From the IMG/VR virus record IMGVR_UViG_2974720701_000001, positions 35,518 to 99,517 of that record: DNA of 64,000 bases; one strand, written 5' to 3'. The position numbers and the translations under genes were made by a program. Positions 8,046-19,198 of the stretch are shown piece by piece; position 1 is the first letter of the stretch, and every line of letters begins with the position of its first letter. The notes beneath the pieces were generated by a model. It worked only from the letters and a program-made list of their open reading frames with translations, ran no database searches and was not told where the DNA came from. The DNA comes from a virus (lineage: Duplodnaviria; Caudoviricetes).

Positions 8046-10918
8046 TGGCACACGTAGGAAGTAACATACCACATCAACGATTATCCCTTCCTCCACAGAA
8101 GATTGGGATAAAGAAGAAGAACAAACAATGGAAGGAGGATTGTGTGGATTTTGTTATCAACACAGCTATGATAGCTAATCCTACATCTAACAACCCTCAT
8201 AGGGTAAGAAACATCATGGCCAATGAGGACATGTATGACGGCAAGTACAGTGAAGAAGAGATGAAGTACATCACTAACCCATTCAATGTTGAAGATGGTC
8301 TACCAGCAAGGCTCAAGGAGTACAACCTGATGAGACCGATGATTGACAGCATGATTGGTGAGGAAGTACGCAGACCATTAGCTTTCACAGTACATAGAAC
8401 ATCTGAAGCTGGCAGTAGTGAACGGTTCGAAAAACGTAAGGAGATGCTCATGCAGTATGTCCAAGCAGAGATCATGAACGCTATGGATCCACAAGGAGCA
8501 CAGCAGTTTCAGCAAGGCATGCAGGATGGCTCTATAATGCCACCAGAGGAAGTGCAAAAGTACATGACAGAAACATACAAGGATATATACGAAGTTTACG
8601 CATCCGCGCTCTTAAGGGCGTTAATAGCCAAGCTAGATGTGTCAGCAGAGTTCCACAAGGGGTACATAGACCTACTAAAGAACGATGAAGAAATCTTCTT
8701 CGTTGGAGAGGAGTATGGAAGGCCTAATGTTAGGCGTGTGAACCCAGCAATGTTCTCTTATGAGTGGTCACCAGACCTAGACTATATAGAGGATGCTACA
8801 TGGTGCTCAGAACGTATGTTCCTATCATTTGCGGAGATCCATGACCGGTACAGGGACGAGATCGACGATGATGATTACGATAAGATATTAGATTTGATCC
8901 AAGATACGGGCAGCAGCAATGGGGAGTTCAGGAAGAACAGCAAGGACCCATATCCATTGGATACACATCACATAGACAATATTGACTGGATGGGATTACC
9001 TCATCCGTATAATAGTATGAGTGCAGACTGCATAGAGGTATGGAAGGTACACTGGCGGTCATTTAGAAAGATATTCTTCGTTACTTTCAACGACCCAGCG
9101 ACTAACAAGCCTTATATAGAGGTTGTTGATGAAGGGTACGTGAAGACAGGAGACGAGGAGGAGATAGTAGAAGAATGGATCATGCATGTATGGCAGGGAT
9201 ACAGAGTAGCTGGAGATATCTACTTCGGTATACGACCTATCACCATGGCTACCGACTGGAGAGACCCAACAAGCATCAAGCTACCATATGTTGGTCAAGC
9301 TGCTAAGGGACGCTCAGTGGTTGAGTTGCTTAAGCCTATGCAAGTGACGTACTTATCTCTATGGTACAGGCTCGAACTACTTCTTGCGCGTGATAATGGA
9401 AGAGCACTGATCATGGATATAACACAAATCCCTAAGTCTTTAGGCATAGACGTTCAGCGCTGGGCACATATGCTTAAGTCTATGGGCGTTGTGATGGTTA
9501 ACCCATACGAGAACGCATGGAACATACCTGGTAGGGACGGTACTAGACCAGCATCCTTCAACGCTTTCAGTGCTATTGACCTGTCTATGGCTCAGAGCAT
9601 AACGATGTATATCGAGCTGATTAACAAGGTTGAACAGATGGCGCAAGCACTTATTGGGTTCAATCCACAGCGGCTAGGTCAGGTACAACACAGAGACAGT
9701 GTAGGTACAACACAGCATGCATTAGAAGAGTCATACAATACAACAGCATACCTGTTCTTTAAGCACGACAGGGTAAAGAAACGTGCTTTGACAATGTTGC
9801 TAAACACCGCTATGGGTGTGAAGTTTAGAGACGACGATACGTTCATATCATCTATCGGTGACGATGGGATGAAGATCTTTATGGATATGGAAGACATGCC
9901 TATGGAGAGCATGGATCTGTATGTGTCTAATAGTCAACAGGAACAGCAGAAATTACAACAATTACAACAACTATATCAGCCAGCTATGCAAAATGGTGCT
10001 ACATTGGTGGATATAGTTAATATGATGTCATACGATAACCTAACACAGATACGGCTTAAGTTGGAAGAGGTTGAGCGTCGTAAGCAAGAGATGATGCAGA
10101 AACAAGAAGAAGCTCAACAACAGACACAACAAGCTCAGATGCAACAAGTTGAGGCTGACAGACAGGTTAATATCGATCAAAAGAACGCTGATAGGAACCT
10201 TAAGAAGTACGAGTCTGACCTTGAAGCACAGACGAAGATACAAATCGCTGAGTTGCAAGCACAAACAGCTGCTATGGGCGCTGATAATGGTGCACAGCAA
10301 GAGCTTGAGAGAGCTAAGCTAGAGCTAGAATCAAGGAAGCTTGAGATGCAAGCGATGATGGAGCGTGAGAAGTTAGATAATGACGCAATGCTCAAAGAAC
10401 GTGAGTTAGAAACCCGTAGAGACACAGACATGGATAAGCTACAGATGGAGGCTGACAAGCTAAAAGCTGAGAAAGAGAAGCTAACCAAGGAGCTAGCTAT
10501 CGAGAAGCAAGAGATAATACTCAAGAAAGCCGAGCTGGAAGTAGAGAAAGCCATGAAGAACAAAGAGTTTGAAGAAGAACGTAAGAAGCTGCACTTAGAG
10601 CATGAGCAAGAGATGAAGAAGATCAAGCTCGAGCTAGAGGTTAGCCTGAAAGAGATGAAAGCGAAAGCAGAGGCTGATATCAAGATGCAAAGAGAGAAAG
10701 CAGCACATGATAAGAGTATATTAGCAAGTGAGCAGAAAGCTGCTGTAGTCACTCAGAAAGCTGAACAAGCACATGATCTGACTGTAGAGAAGATGCAAGC
10801 TAAGCTAGCAAGAGAACAGGAAGAGAACAAGCTAAAGATTGAGAACAAGAAGCTTCAGCAGGCGAAGATGAAAGAGAAGATGAAACCTAAACCTCCTAAA
10901 CCAAAAGCTAAGAAATAA
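8045..10918 (+). CDS. Portal protein with long C-terminal coiled-coil barrel
   Basis: N-terminus PHQRLSL...KKKNKQWKEDCVD, YITNPF...PARLKEYNL.RP.ID.MIGEE, VHWRS, VWQGY, KLPYVG and QRLGQV...VG match crAss portals. The last ~290 aa are a heptad-rich E/K/Q helix. Confidence 0.88.
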   Translation: MAHVGSNIPHQRLSLPPQKIGIKKKNKQWKEDCVDFVINTAMIANPTSNNPHRVRNIMANEDMYDGKYSEEEMKYITNPFNVEDGLPARLKEYNLMRPMIDSMIGEEVRRPLAFTVHRTSEAGSSERFEKRKEMLMQYVQAEIMNAMDPQGAQQFQQGMQDGSIMPPEEVQKYMTETYKDIYEVYASALLRALIAKLDVSAEFHKGYIDLLKNDEEIFFVGEEYGRPNVRRVNPAMFSYEWSPDLDYIEDATWCSERMFLSFAEIHDRYRDEIDDDDYDKILDLIQDTGSSNGEFRKNSKDPYPLDTHHIDNIDWMGLPHPYNSMSADCIEVWKVHWRSFRKIFFVTFNDPATNKPYIEVVDEGYVKTGDEEEIVEEWIMHVWQGYRVAGDIYFGIRPITMATDWRDPTSIKLPYVGQAAKGRSVVELLKPMQVTYLSLWYRLELLLARDNGRALIMDITQIPKSLGIDVQRWAHMLKSMGVVMVNPYENAWNIPGRDGTRPASFNAFSAIDLSMAQSITMYIELINKVEQMAQALIGFNPQRLGQVQHRDSVGTTQHALEESYNTTAYLFFKHDRVKKRALTMLLNTAMGVKFRDDDTFISSIGDDGMKIFMDMEDMPMESMDLYVSNSQQEQQKLQQLQQLYQPAMQNGATLVDIVNMMSYDNLTQIRLKLEEVERRKQEMMQKQEEAQQQTQQAQMQQVEADRQVNIDQKNADRNLKKYESDLEAQTKIQIAELQAQTAAMGADNGAQQELERAKLELESRKLEMQAMMEREKLDNDAMLKERELETRRDTDMDKLQMEADKLKAEKEKLTKELAIEKQEIILKKAELEVEKAMKNKEFEEERKKLHLEHEQEMKKIKLELEVSLKEMKAKAEADIKMQREKAAHDKSILASEQKAAVVTQKAEQAHDLTVEKMQAKLAREQEENKLKIENKKLQQAKMKEKMKPKPPKPKAKK

Positions 10919-13900
10919 TGGCAGCAGCTAACGAAGGAACAACATACTTTTATGATCCAAAGACCGGTAAGTATTTTACACGTGTTGGTAATGATATAGT
11001 ATTTGTTAATGGTGATCCTACTGGAGGGGCTGGTGGGTCTGGTATGATAAGCAATATGCTAAACAAGAAGAAAGAAAAGCCATCTGTCGTAGACAAGGAA
11101 TCATTGTATGATGAGGAATTGTATGGCCACGGATTACAGGAGGAACGTGAGAAAGAGTCTGAACGTATATCAATGGACAAGAACAGGGCTTTACGCCTTG
11201 AGTATGCTGCTATGGAACGGATGATGAATGAACGTCAACGTCAAGCAGGTATGTCGGGTATCAATCAGATGCGTTATGATGCTAATCATATGCCTATGCA
11301 GGGATTTGGTTATGCACATGGTGGTCAGGTGCCAAGATATGAGTCTGGAGGTGATCAAGGGTATCAAGGAGATTTTATTCCTATTGGAGCTGGACCAAGG
11401 GTGATAATGATTCAGAGCCCTGAACAGAAGAAGAAAGAGGAAGAAAAAAGCTTATGGCAGAAGATTAAAGATGCGGCAACAGGCTTAGGAGCAGGTATAG
11501 TCACACCTGTAGCAGCTGCTTGGGCAATGCAGAAGTGGGGACCGAATAGAGATAGGGATAATACAGGTAAATCAGCTACACCAGATCAATCAAGTGATTC
11601 AATACCGAACCTTTCTCCTGCACAGATAAGAGAGAATCAACTAGAGAGGTTTCATAACGAGATTTTTCCACAAGTTAGGAATTTCAATAGTCGTGCAGAA
11701 AGAACAAGATTCTTACAGCATCATTCTCCGCAGTATAGAGATTTTATTGGTGGTGATAAGGATATATATGACGCATATCGTGACTATATCAACAGAACAC
11801 CTGAAGGAGTTACGTTAGAACAATCACCTGAAAATGAAGCTCAATGGGTTTACAATAATAACATAGCTCCTCGGTTTGAGAGAGTGCGTAATATAGACCC
11901 TAATGCTACATGGGAACAATATAGTGCCTTAACAGGTGGCAAGGAAAACAGGATTATGACTCCTGAAAGGCCATTGAGTTTCTTGATGGATAGGTTTAAT
12001 AACTGGGAACGACGTACGTATCCAGATGATGTACAAGGCTTACGTTTTAATCCAGCGCATTACCCTCAGACACATGCCGAAGAGATGTATGGAGGGATAT
12101 TGCCTGAACATAATGGAGCTGGGTTTGATGCAATAAGATATTTAGATGATACTGGATTTCCTCCTTATGTTCCTACTCCGCCAGCAGCAGCTTATGGAGG
12201 TGCAGTGCCAAGATATGCCGATGGAGGTAGGGTAAGTGATATAACCAGCCGTATACAGCCTAGCGAAGGAGTGATGAAGCTTGGTAGAGACCTGATAGCT
12301 AAGTACAAAAATCCAAATATTCAGTCATTTGCTAAAGGTGGCACATTAAGTAATATTGATAACTACATGGCTGAGAAGACCGGTAAATGGCGTTATCCAA
12401 TATACGGTGGTGGAGGCTTATTAGCTCTCTATGGAGGGTATAAAGCATTACCTGGAGGCATCAAGCTAGGTAAGTTCCTAAAACACAAGTTTGATGAATG
12501 GCGTGCTAAACAGCAGAAGGAAGAAGCTAAACCAGCTGACCCAACTCCTGCAGCAACAGCACCTCAGACACCTGATCCACACAAGAGTCCATTAGTTCAA
12601 AGCACATCTAGCCAACCTGAGTTAGATAGCGAATTCTCAATGCAAGATCTTCCAGAATCTGAACCAAGTACATTCTTCCAAGAAGAAAATATGTATTCTC
12701 CACATTCTATGCCGAATGAACAAGCTGACTATTCTGCGCATTCTGAACCACCATCTGAACATCCTGAACCACCTCAACCACCAGCATGGGCACCATACGA
12801 GAAACAGTTTAAGAACATTTATGGAATTGCTAATGCTGCTTCTAATAAAGAAGAGATGCTAAATGATATGCTTGGTGTTAATGAAGATATTATGCCTGGG
12901 TATACTGACCTTTATAATCAATATGCTCAAGCTAGAGCAGATCATCCAAGTGCATTTGAATCAGCTGGAATACCTATGGAAGCACATGGTGGTGTAGTAC
13001 CAAGATATAGCAACCCATTCATTCCTTCATATGCTGCCGGAGGTAAGAAGAGTAATTCATTGGCTTATAGCGATAATCAAAACGATACTGTTCCGTTAAG
13101 TATAGCAGCAGGAGGAGTAACAACCGGTGTTGGTGCGGGGTTTTTATATGATTATATCATGAGCAAGCGCAGGGAAAAGGAAGAACAAGAACGTCTAGCT
13201 AATATTCCTTTTGACGAAGATGCATTTCATAAACAATATCCAGATGCAGACTTTTTGTATGATCACATAATAAATCATCAAAGTGCTAGAAATCAGTATG
13301 GTGAGCTAACAAGGACGCTTCCTAAGGGTAAAGATCGTAGATTTGGATTAGACAGATTAAGAGCTTGGGAACAAAAAAAGTACCCAGGTCAGCCATCAAG
13401 GATAGCATTTGATATTGGAGAAGATGGCCAACCGATATTTCATAATGAGATTAGACAAAATGATCCAGTAGATAATCCACGCGTATTTGCTACTCCGCAA
13501 GATATAAAAGATAAAGGCGAAGCAGAGGTAAAACTATGGAGAACGAACAGGAGTGATGATGTTACAAGAAATAAGATTCGTGTGAATCAAGCATCTGCTA
13601 AAATGACTGGTAATAATGATTATATAAACGTTAATTCAGAACCAGGGATAGAACCTTTAGAGGTTGCTCCATCATGGAGGGCTGATCAAATACCTGCGCC
13701 TATGCGTTCTAGAGAAGATATAGACAGGATACAAGCAGCGAACAAACCATGGAATGCTGATCCTGTTGTAGCTAATAATGTGTACAAGCAAATGAGAAGG
13801 TATCAGTTACGCAATCCTGCTAATCATGATGATGCTATTAGTGCTGTACAAGCTGCTGGTCATCCAGGACTTGTTTCAGGATATAATGACTGGATGGCAA

Positions 13901-16900
13901 ATAAGCCTGCTGATTACATACCTTCTGATGCATATGGTGGTGTAGTACCACGTTACGCACAGGGAGGTAGTGCAAAGAAGTTTGCTCGTGATGCATGGGG
14001 AAGAGTACAAGGAGCAGGGCGTACAATAGGTGGCAAGATAGCAAAGTTTGACGATGAGATGGATAGGAGGGTTGGTCCTTTACGCTTTCCCATATATGGA
14101 GCAGGAGCAGTTGGTCTAGAAGAGCTCATTCGTCGTACAGCAAAGCATTTCTGGAACAAGAGAAAAGGTAATCAAGAAGCAGCTGCTGATGAAGGTGGTG
14201 ATGCGCCATCCTCAGGCGGTCTAGGAGGATTTTGGCCTGGTGCTGGAGGTAGTGATAGTACAAGTAGTAGCAGCAGTAGTGGAGGTGACCAAGGAGACTT
14301 TGAATCATCAGGAAGTGTAACTTCAGAAGGTCATCCAAAACATTACGTGCGTCCACCAGAGCCAACATTTAGTAGTAGTGAATATGAAAGCTCACTTGGC
14401 AAGTTCGTGCCAGTTCAGAGAAAAATGAATCCTGCAACAAATAAGATAGAAACTGTTCCAGGAACAGGTGTTTTTGTGCAAGGACCTGTGATGAAGAAAA
14501 AGATTGCAAGCACTAGAGATCCAGTAAAACAAGCTCATCAGTACAGGGAAGATTGGATAAGAGAACAGAGAGAAGCTGAAAATGATTTTAACTATGATCA
14601 AGAACAAAGGCATAAAAACAAAGTACCAAAAATAAAACCGCCAAAATCAAAATTGCCAAACCAGATACCTTTAACTATACCTGACGGGCCATTACCACCA
14701 GATCCTAATATTGATGTTGATTCTTTATGGGAAAATGCTGATGTAGAGTCAAGTTCTTCATCACCAGTTGTATCACCCCGTACACGTATACGTAAAGCGA
14801 ATCAGGAACGTATATCTGATATAGGAAAAAGTTATCGTAATATTGATGACTTAGAACTATCTGAAGGACTTCCTCAATCAACCAGGCCAAACAGGATAAG
14901 ATTTGCTCATCCACCTAGAGATGTAAATGAATGGCCAGAACACATCTCTCCACCTGGATCAGCTAGATACAGATTACCACTTAAAGACAAGGAAGAATTT
15001 TTTAAATCTAATATACCTACTGTTAGACATACGACTGCAGGGCCACGTGCTAATCCGCATAAGGTAGGTGATGAAGGTCTTATTAGGCCGGCGACTACAT
15101 CAAGGGTATTGCAACCCGATGGTGGTTATACAGAACGTCCTATTGATGCTTTGTATGGTGTATATGTTCCTGGTGATAGACATTACCCAGGAGGCATAAA
15201 GAAAGATGCTTATGGACCAAATATGCCTAGGAGGGACTTAGCTGACCGTAAACCTTTGTTGTATTCTGGAACGATGGATATGTGGAACAATCCTGCGAGA
15301 CGTAATGACTTTTACTTACTTAGCAATAGTGATTCGGACGAACAGTACAGAGGCGCTACAGAAGCTGATTGGCAGGATTATCAAAATAGCATAAGGCAAG
15401 ATGATCTAGATAGAAATCAAGCAGCTATTGATAATGAGATAATGACTGAATATGGTAATCCACATCTTATCATTGATCCTGGAGAAAGATACCAACATCC
15501 GCATCAAGACAGAGTAACGAAACATGGTGAGTTTTCCAGAAACCCAAAAGGTAGTGGATTTACTCGGCAACCTTACTGGGATGTTCATGATGAGCATTGG
15601 TATAATAAAACAAAAGATAACTTTGTACCTGCAACAGCTGATATGGAGCTTATTGGGAGAGGTGGAACTGATCTAAGATCAGGAAAGCCTATTTCAGCCG
15701 AAATAATAAATAAACGTACAAGTCCTTTCAAGATCTATCCTCCTGCTCCTAAGCCGGTAATAGATAATTTTATTTCAAATACAGATATAGCTCTTAAGGA
15801 CCTTCGCGATAATGCGAAAAGTCGCATAGTAAGCATGGTTAATCGTTCACCTCTTCTTCCTTATCCAATTGTAGAAAAAACTAGAAGTAGGTATGATAAA
15901 CATGGCGTAGCAGGAAAGGCAAAAATGGTAGAAGATACAAGACAGCAGGCAATAGATTTATTGCATGGACATTCTAGTTTTGGACCTAGCACTTCTTTAA
16001 GGCCTTCGTCAGATGGGATATTTACTATGAGGTATGGAAGGAATCATGTGATGCCGCCTATATCACGTGAAAAATATGAAGGGATTTATAAAGATACAAG
16101 CACCCAGACAGATCAATACTTTGGTAATCCTATTGATTTACCACAGAACGCTCAACACACTTTTCCTAAGATGTGGAGAGCAGCACAAGGGCAATATGAT
16201 CCAAATGTTGGAGAAGCTCGTTTACGTAGAAATCTAAAATTAGCAGCTAATGATGAGCCATTTGTTGAAACTCCTCAGTTTGCTCAAGAGCCTATAGACA
16301 CACCACGAGCGATGGAGTTGATTAGACTTAAAGGTCATAGAGGTACTGATAATCCGCCAGCACCAGGATCTTCTTTGCATGAATATCATAGACATGGAGA
16401 AGGTATCAATCATCGCCATCGTGTGATGGGATCAGATATGGATGTATATCATAGAGGGATAGATTTTCCTGCTCATGATGATTCGTCTGATGGAGTACTT
16501 ACCCCTTATCATTTACAGCCTATCAGACAGATTGCTGTTAATGATAATGATGTTCAAAATATGTTAATACAACGTGGGCTTAGATCTGCTGAAGAAGAAG
16601 GTATGTCACCTGCTTCTTTGCCAGATGCACCATCTGAAGCATACGGAGGTTCAGTACGTAGGTTTGCACAAGGAGGGTCGTTTGATGGACCATTAAAAGG
16701 TAATGATATATACAAGAAAGGTCAGTGGAAAATACCTAGGAAGGCTGAACCAATTGCTGGTGGAGCATTATTAACAGCTGCTTCTATACCATTAATCAGA
16801 GGGATACATAGGATGACTCAGGGTAAACCATTCCTAAGGAGTCATAAGTTTGAAGATGAATATCTTGATTACCGTAAGAATTTGAATGATCCGTTCTTTC

Positions 16901-17895
16901 AGGCGCTTGATCCTGATTCACAAGAAAACTACAGGCAGTCAGCATTAATGCAGAAGGGAGATAGAAACTTCATGACTAGATTTGCTGATTATAATGACTG
17001 GACAGAAAAGAACAAAGACTGGTTAGATAAGAACTTCCCTGATACTCCTATTAATTGGATACCATCAAGGAGACCGGCTGATCCATCGCTAACACAGTCG
17101 ATTGATCATAGTAGGTTGCATCATGGAGATTTACCTGAGACAAGTTCAGATAGTATACACCTTAGCAGCAGCGGAGACGTACCACATGTTCATAGGAATG
17201 TGTTAGATCAACGTCCATCAATGGCATTTATTAATCAACCTATTCCACCACAGAGTACTATGTTAACACTAGGTGCTCCGCAAGTGTCGAAACCAGCTCC
17301 ATTAGCATATGGAGGACGTGTGCCTAGATATGCTTTTGGTGGGTTCACATATGACACTAGCAAGGATGCTCGTAGGGAAGGCGATCGTTCATCAGAACCG
17401 ATCTTTGGAAAGGGATCATATACTATGGGAGGTACGTTGAGGACAGATACCTATCAACCAACTAACCCATTAGACTATGCTCATCATCAGTATCAGAGTG
17501 CACAGAAGGGCACCTATGGATTTCCTATGTCACTAGCTACTAATGTTGCTCCTTTAGGGCTGTCATTATACAGACCGATGGTAGGAGCGAGCATCAATGC
17601 AGCAACAAATCTTATGTCTGGAAACCTCACAGGTGCACTTATGAACACCTGGCCATTGTTTAGAGGAAGAAAGGCAGCACAGGCAGCAGGAACAAGCTTC
17701 TTTGGCACCCCTGGACTATTGTCAAATCCTTCAAGATTACTTAATTTTGACTATAGAACACCGGGTGGCAAAGCGAACATGATAAACATGGGTATGATGG
17801 CTCTTCCTCCAGCTTTGGGCATATTATCTAGGGCAAATCAGAGACCGTATAACTATAATGAATCGCTAACTAACCAAATGGGATCATATTACTAG
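10918..17895 (+). CDS. Giant modular putative ejection/cargo protein (2325 aa; 6 copies of the GG-tag)
   Basis: Long uninterrupted ORF coupled to the portal by TAATG. Low-complexity, Pro/Ser-rich, with repeated AxGGxVxR[YF]xxGG tags followed by hydrophobic Gly-rich helices. Confidence 0.6.
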   Translation: MAAANEGTTYFYDPKTGKYFTRVGNDIVFVNGDPTGGAGGSGMISNMLNKKKEKPSVVDKESLYDEELYGHGLQEEREKESERISMDKNRALRLEYAAMERMMNERQRQAGMSGINQMRYDANHMPMQGFGYAHGGQVPRYESGGDQGYQGDFIPIGAGPRVIMIQSPEQKKKEEEKSLWQKIKDAATGLGAGIVTPVAAAWAMQKWGPNRDRDNTGKSATPDQSSDSIPNLSPAQIRENQLERFHNEIFPQVRNFNSRAERTRFLQHHSPQYRDFIGGDKDIYDAYRDYINRTPEGVTLEQSPENEAQWVYNNNIAPRFERVRNIDPNATWEQYSALTGGKENRIMTPERPLSFLMDRFNNWERRTYPDDVQGLRFNPAHYPQTHAEEMYGGILPEHNGAGFDAIRYLDDTGFPPYVPTPPAAAYGGAVPRYADGGRVSDITSRIQPSEGVMKLGRDLIAKYKNPNIQSFAKGGTLSNIDNYMAEKTGKWRYPIYGGGGLLALYGGYKALPGGIKLGKFLKHKFDEWRAKQQKEEAKPADPTPAATAPQTPDPHKSPLVQSTSSQPELDSEFSMQDLPESEPSTFFQEENMYSPHSMPNEQADYSAHSEPPSEHPEPPQPPAWAPYEKQFKNIYGIANAASNKEEMLNDMLGVNEDIMPGYTDLYNQYAQARADHPSAFESAGIPMEAHGGVVPRYSNPFIPSYAAGGKKSNSLAYSDNQNDTVPLSIAAGGVTTGVGAGFLYDYIMSKRREKEEQERLANIPFDEDAFHKQYPDADFLYDHIINHQSARNQYGELTRTLPKGKDRRFGLDRLRAWEQKKYPGQPSRIAFDIGEDGQPIFHNEIRQNDPVDNPRVFATPQDIKDKGEAEVKLWRTNRSDDVTRNKIRVNQASAKMTGNNDYINVNSEPGIEPLEVAPSWRADQIPAPMRSREDIDRIQAANKPWNADPVVANNVYKQMRRYQLRNPANHDDAISAVQAAGHPGLVSGYNDWMANKPADYIPSDAYGGVVPRYAQGGSAKKFARDAWGRVQGAGRTIGGKIAKFDDEMDRRVGPLRFPIYGAGAVGLEELIRRTAKHFWNKRKGNQEAAADEGGDAPSSGGLGGFWPGAGGSDSTSSSSSSGGDQGDFESSGSVTSEGHPKHYVRPPEPTFSSSEYESSLGKFVPVQRKMNPATNKIETVPGTGVFVQGPVMKKKIASTRDPVKQAHQYREDWIREQREAENDFNYDQEQRHKNKVPKIKPPKSKLPNQIPLTIPDGPLPPDPNIDVDSLWENADVESSSSSPVVSPRTRIRKANQERISDIGKSYRNIDDLELSEGLPQSTRPNRIRFAHPPRDVNEWPEHISPPGSARYRLPLKDKEEFFKSNIPTVRHTTAGPRANPHKVGDEGLIRPATTSRVLQPDGGYTERPIDALYGVYVPGDRHYPGGIKKDAYGPNMPRRDLADRKPLLYSGTMDMWNNPARRNDFYLLSNSDSDEQYRGATEADWQDYQNSIRQDDLDRNQAAIDNEIMTEYGNPHLIIDPGERYQHPHQDRVTKHGEFSRNPKGSGFTRQPYWDVHDEHWYNKTKDNFVPATADMELIGRGGTDLRSGKPISAEIINKRTSPFKIYPPAPKPVIDNFISNTDIALKDLRDNAKSRIVSMVNRSPLLPYPIVEKTRSRYDKHGVAGKAKMVEDTRQQAIDLLHGHSSFGPSTSLRPSSDGIFTMRYGRNHVMPPISREKYEGIYKDTSTQTDQYFGNPIDLPQNAQHTFPKMWRAAQGQYDPNVGEARLRRNLKLAANDEPFVETPQFAQEPIDTPRAMELIRLKGHRGTDNPPAPGSSLHEYHRHGEGINHRHRVMGSDMDVYHRGIDFPAHDDSSDGVLTPYHLQPIRQIAVNDNDVQNMLIQRGLRSAEEEGMSPASLPDAPSEAYGGSVRRFAQGGSFDGPLKGNDIYKKGQWKIPRKAEPIAGGALLTAASIPLIRGIHRMTQGKPFLRSHKFEDEYLDYRKNLNDPFFQALDPDSQENYRQSALMQKGDRNFMTRFADYNDWTEKNKDWLDKNFPDTPINWIPSRRPADPSLTQSIDHSRLHHGDLPETSSDSIHLSSSGDVPHVHRNVLDQRPSMAFINQPIPPQSTMLTLGAPQVSKPAPLAYGGRVPRYAFGGFTYDTSKDARREGDRSSEPIFGKGSYTMGGTLRTDTYQPTNPLDYAHHQYQSAQKGTYGFPMSLATNVAPLGLSLYRPMVGASINAATNLMSGNLTGALMNTWPLFRGRKAAQAAGTSFFGTPGLLSNPSRLLNFDYRTPGGKANMINMGMMALPPALGILSRANQRPYNYNESLTNQMGSYY

Positions 17896-17896
17896 T

Positions 17897-19183
17897 ATGG
17901 CAAGAAAAATATTACCTCCACGTTCTCGTGGCTACCATCCAATGGATGACTACGAGGGCGAAGAAGAAGAAGAACGTGGCAGTAGAGGCGGCGGTGGCGG
18001 CGGTGATGGCTGGTGGGTAGCACCATTAGCAGCAACTGGAGCAGGAGCAGCAATAGGTGGAACGAGTGCGCTATGGTATAAACCTAGACCAATGCATTCG
18101 GTCAATCTAAACATGACTATGACGCCTACACAGCAAGAGATAGTAGCTAAGGGTAAGCAGATAAAGAAAGACATACCTAAGGTTATTAAGTCTGTTTCTG
18201 GTGAAGATAATCAGATCATGAATGCTATGTGGAAAGGGTTTCATCAGATGCCATATTATAAGCATGATGCTAAGACAGTTAATCAGGTATCTCATCAGAC
18301 ACATATGTTTGATCCTATTAAGGGTATGATGATGCCTCGTAGCGCTATGCAAGCATCATCAATGCGTGATTTTCCTGTATTAGCAGGACGTGTTGGAGGT
18401 CATTATGTTAATGCAGCTGCTATGCAGCACTTATATCCACGCTTTAACTTTGACAAGTCTTACGATGAGAATGTAGGAGATAAGCTCTATCCTAATGAAG
18501 GCACATTTGAACGGTTCTATAAAGCAAATGGAGGTAGAAACCCAAAAGCAGTAGCGCATATAAATGCAGCTGATAGAGACAAGATAAGTGATCAGATACA
18601 GACTCAGCTAGGACGTTTTCAAGACAGGTACGGACTTAGTCCGAGGTTGTTAACTCACATAGCTGAAGGTAGGAGATCGAACATCTTTGACATGGATGAC
18701 AAGCAAGGAGGAGTAAGCTTGAAACACTTGTTGTACGATATGGCATTTGATGATCAGAAGTTTCCTAATTTCCATCCGGGTGATAGACAAGCACTTAAGA
18801 GTCATTTGATCAGCACAGGACTGTTTAATGACCAAGGTCAGTGGTATCAGCCAGGGGTAAATTTAACAAAGAACCCAGCTCCGCATCCAGAAGATATAGG
18901 TAGGGTAAGTGGATATGGGCACTTTAAAGACCCGATGTCATGGTCATTAGCAGACAGAGGAGGGACATTTACTAACTGGACAGATGAGCATGATAAGAAG
19001 CTAACGAAATTCTTTAGCACATATAATACACCAGGAGAGAACGGTATATCACCTATGCAGAAGCATATAACTGATGCGTTATCTCCACATTTTGCGAACA
19101 TGAACTTACAGAACTTTAAGCAAGCTCAAGACTCGATCAATAATGCAGGGTCGTCTCTAGGCTTTCAGAATTTTTTAAACTAA
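17897..19183 (+). CDS. Putative cargo protein with N-terminal Gly-rich hydrophobic segment (428 aa)
   Basis: Acidic/poly-Gly N-terminus followed by WWVAPLAATGAGAAIGGTSALWYKPR. Lies inside the cargo cluster and has no GG-tag. Confidence 0.55.
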   Translation: MARKILPPRSRGYHPMDDYEGEEEEERGSRGGGGGGDGWWVAPLAATGAGAAIGGTSALWYKPRPMHSVNLNMTMTPTQQEIVAKGKQIKKDIPKVIKSVSGEDNQIMNAMWKGFHQMPYYKHDAKTVNQVSHQTHMFDPIKGMMMPRSAMQASSMRDFPVLAGRVGGHYVNAAAMQHLYPRFNFDKSYDENVGDKLYPNEGTFERFYKANGGRNPKAVAHINAADRDKISDQIQTQLGRFQDRYGLSPRLLTHIAEGRRSNIFDMDDKQGGVSLKHLLYDMAFDDQKFPNFHPGDRQALKSHLISTGLFNDQGQWYQPGVNLTKNPAPHPEDIGRVSGYGHFKDPMSWSLADRGGTFTNWTDEHDKKLTKFFSTYNTPGENGISPMQKHITDALSPHFANMNLQNFKQAQDSINNAGSSLGFQNFLN

Positions 19184-19198
19184 GTAAAATAACAGACA

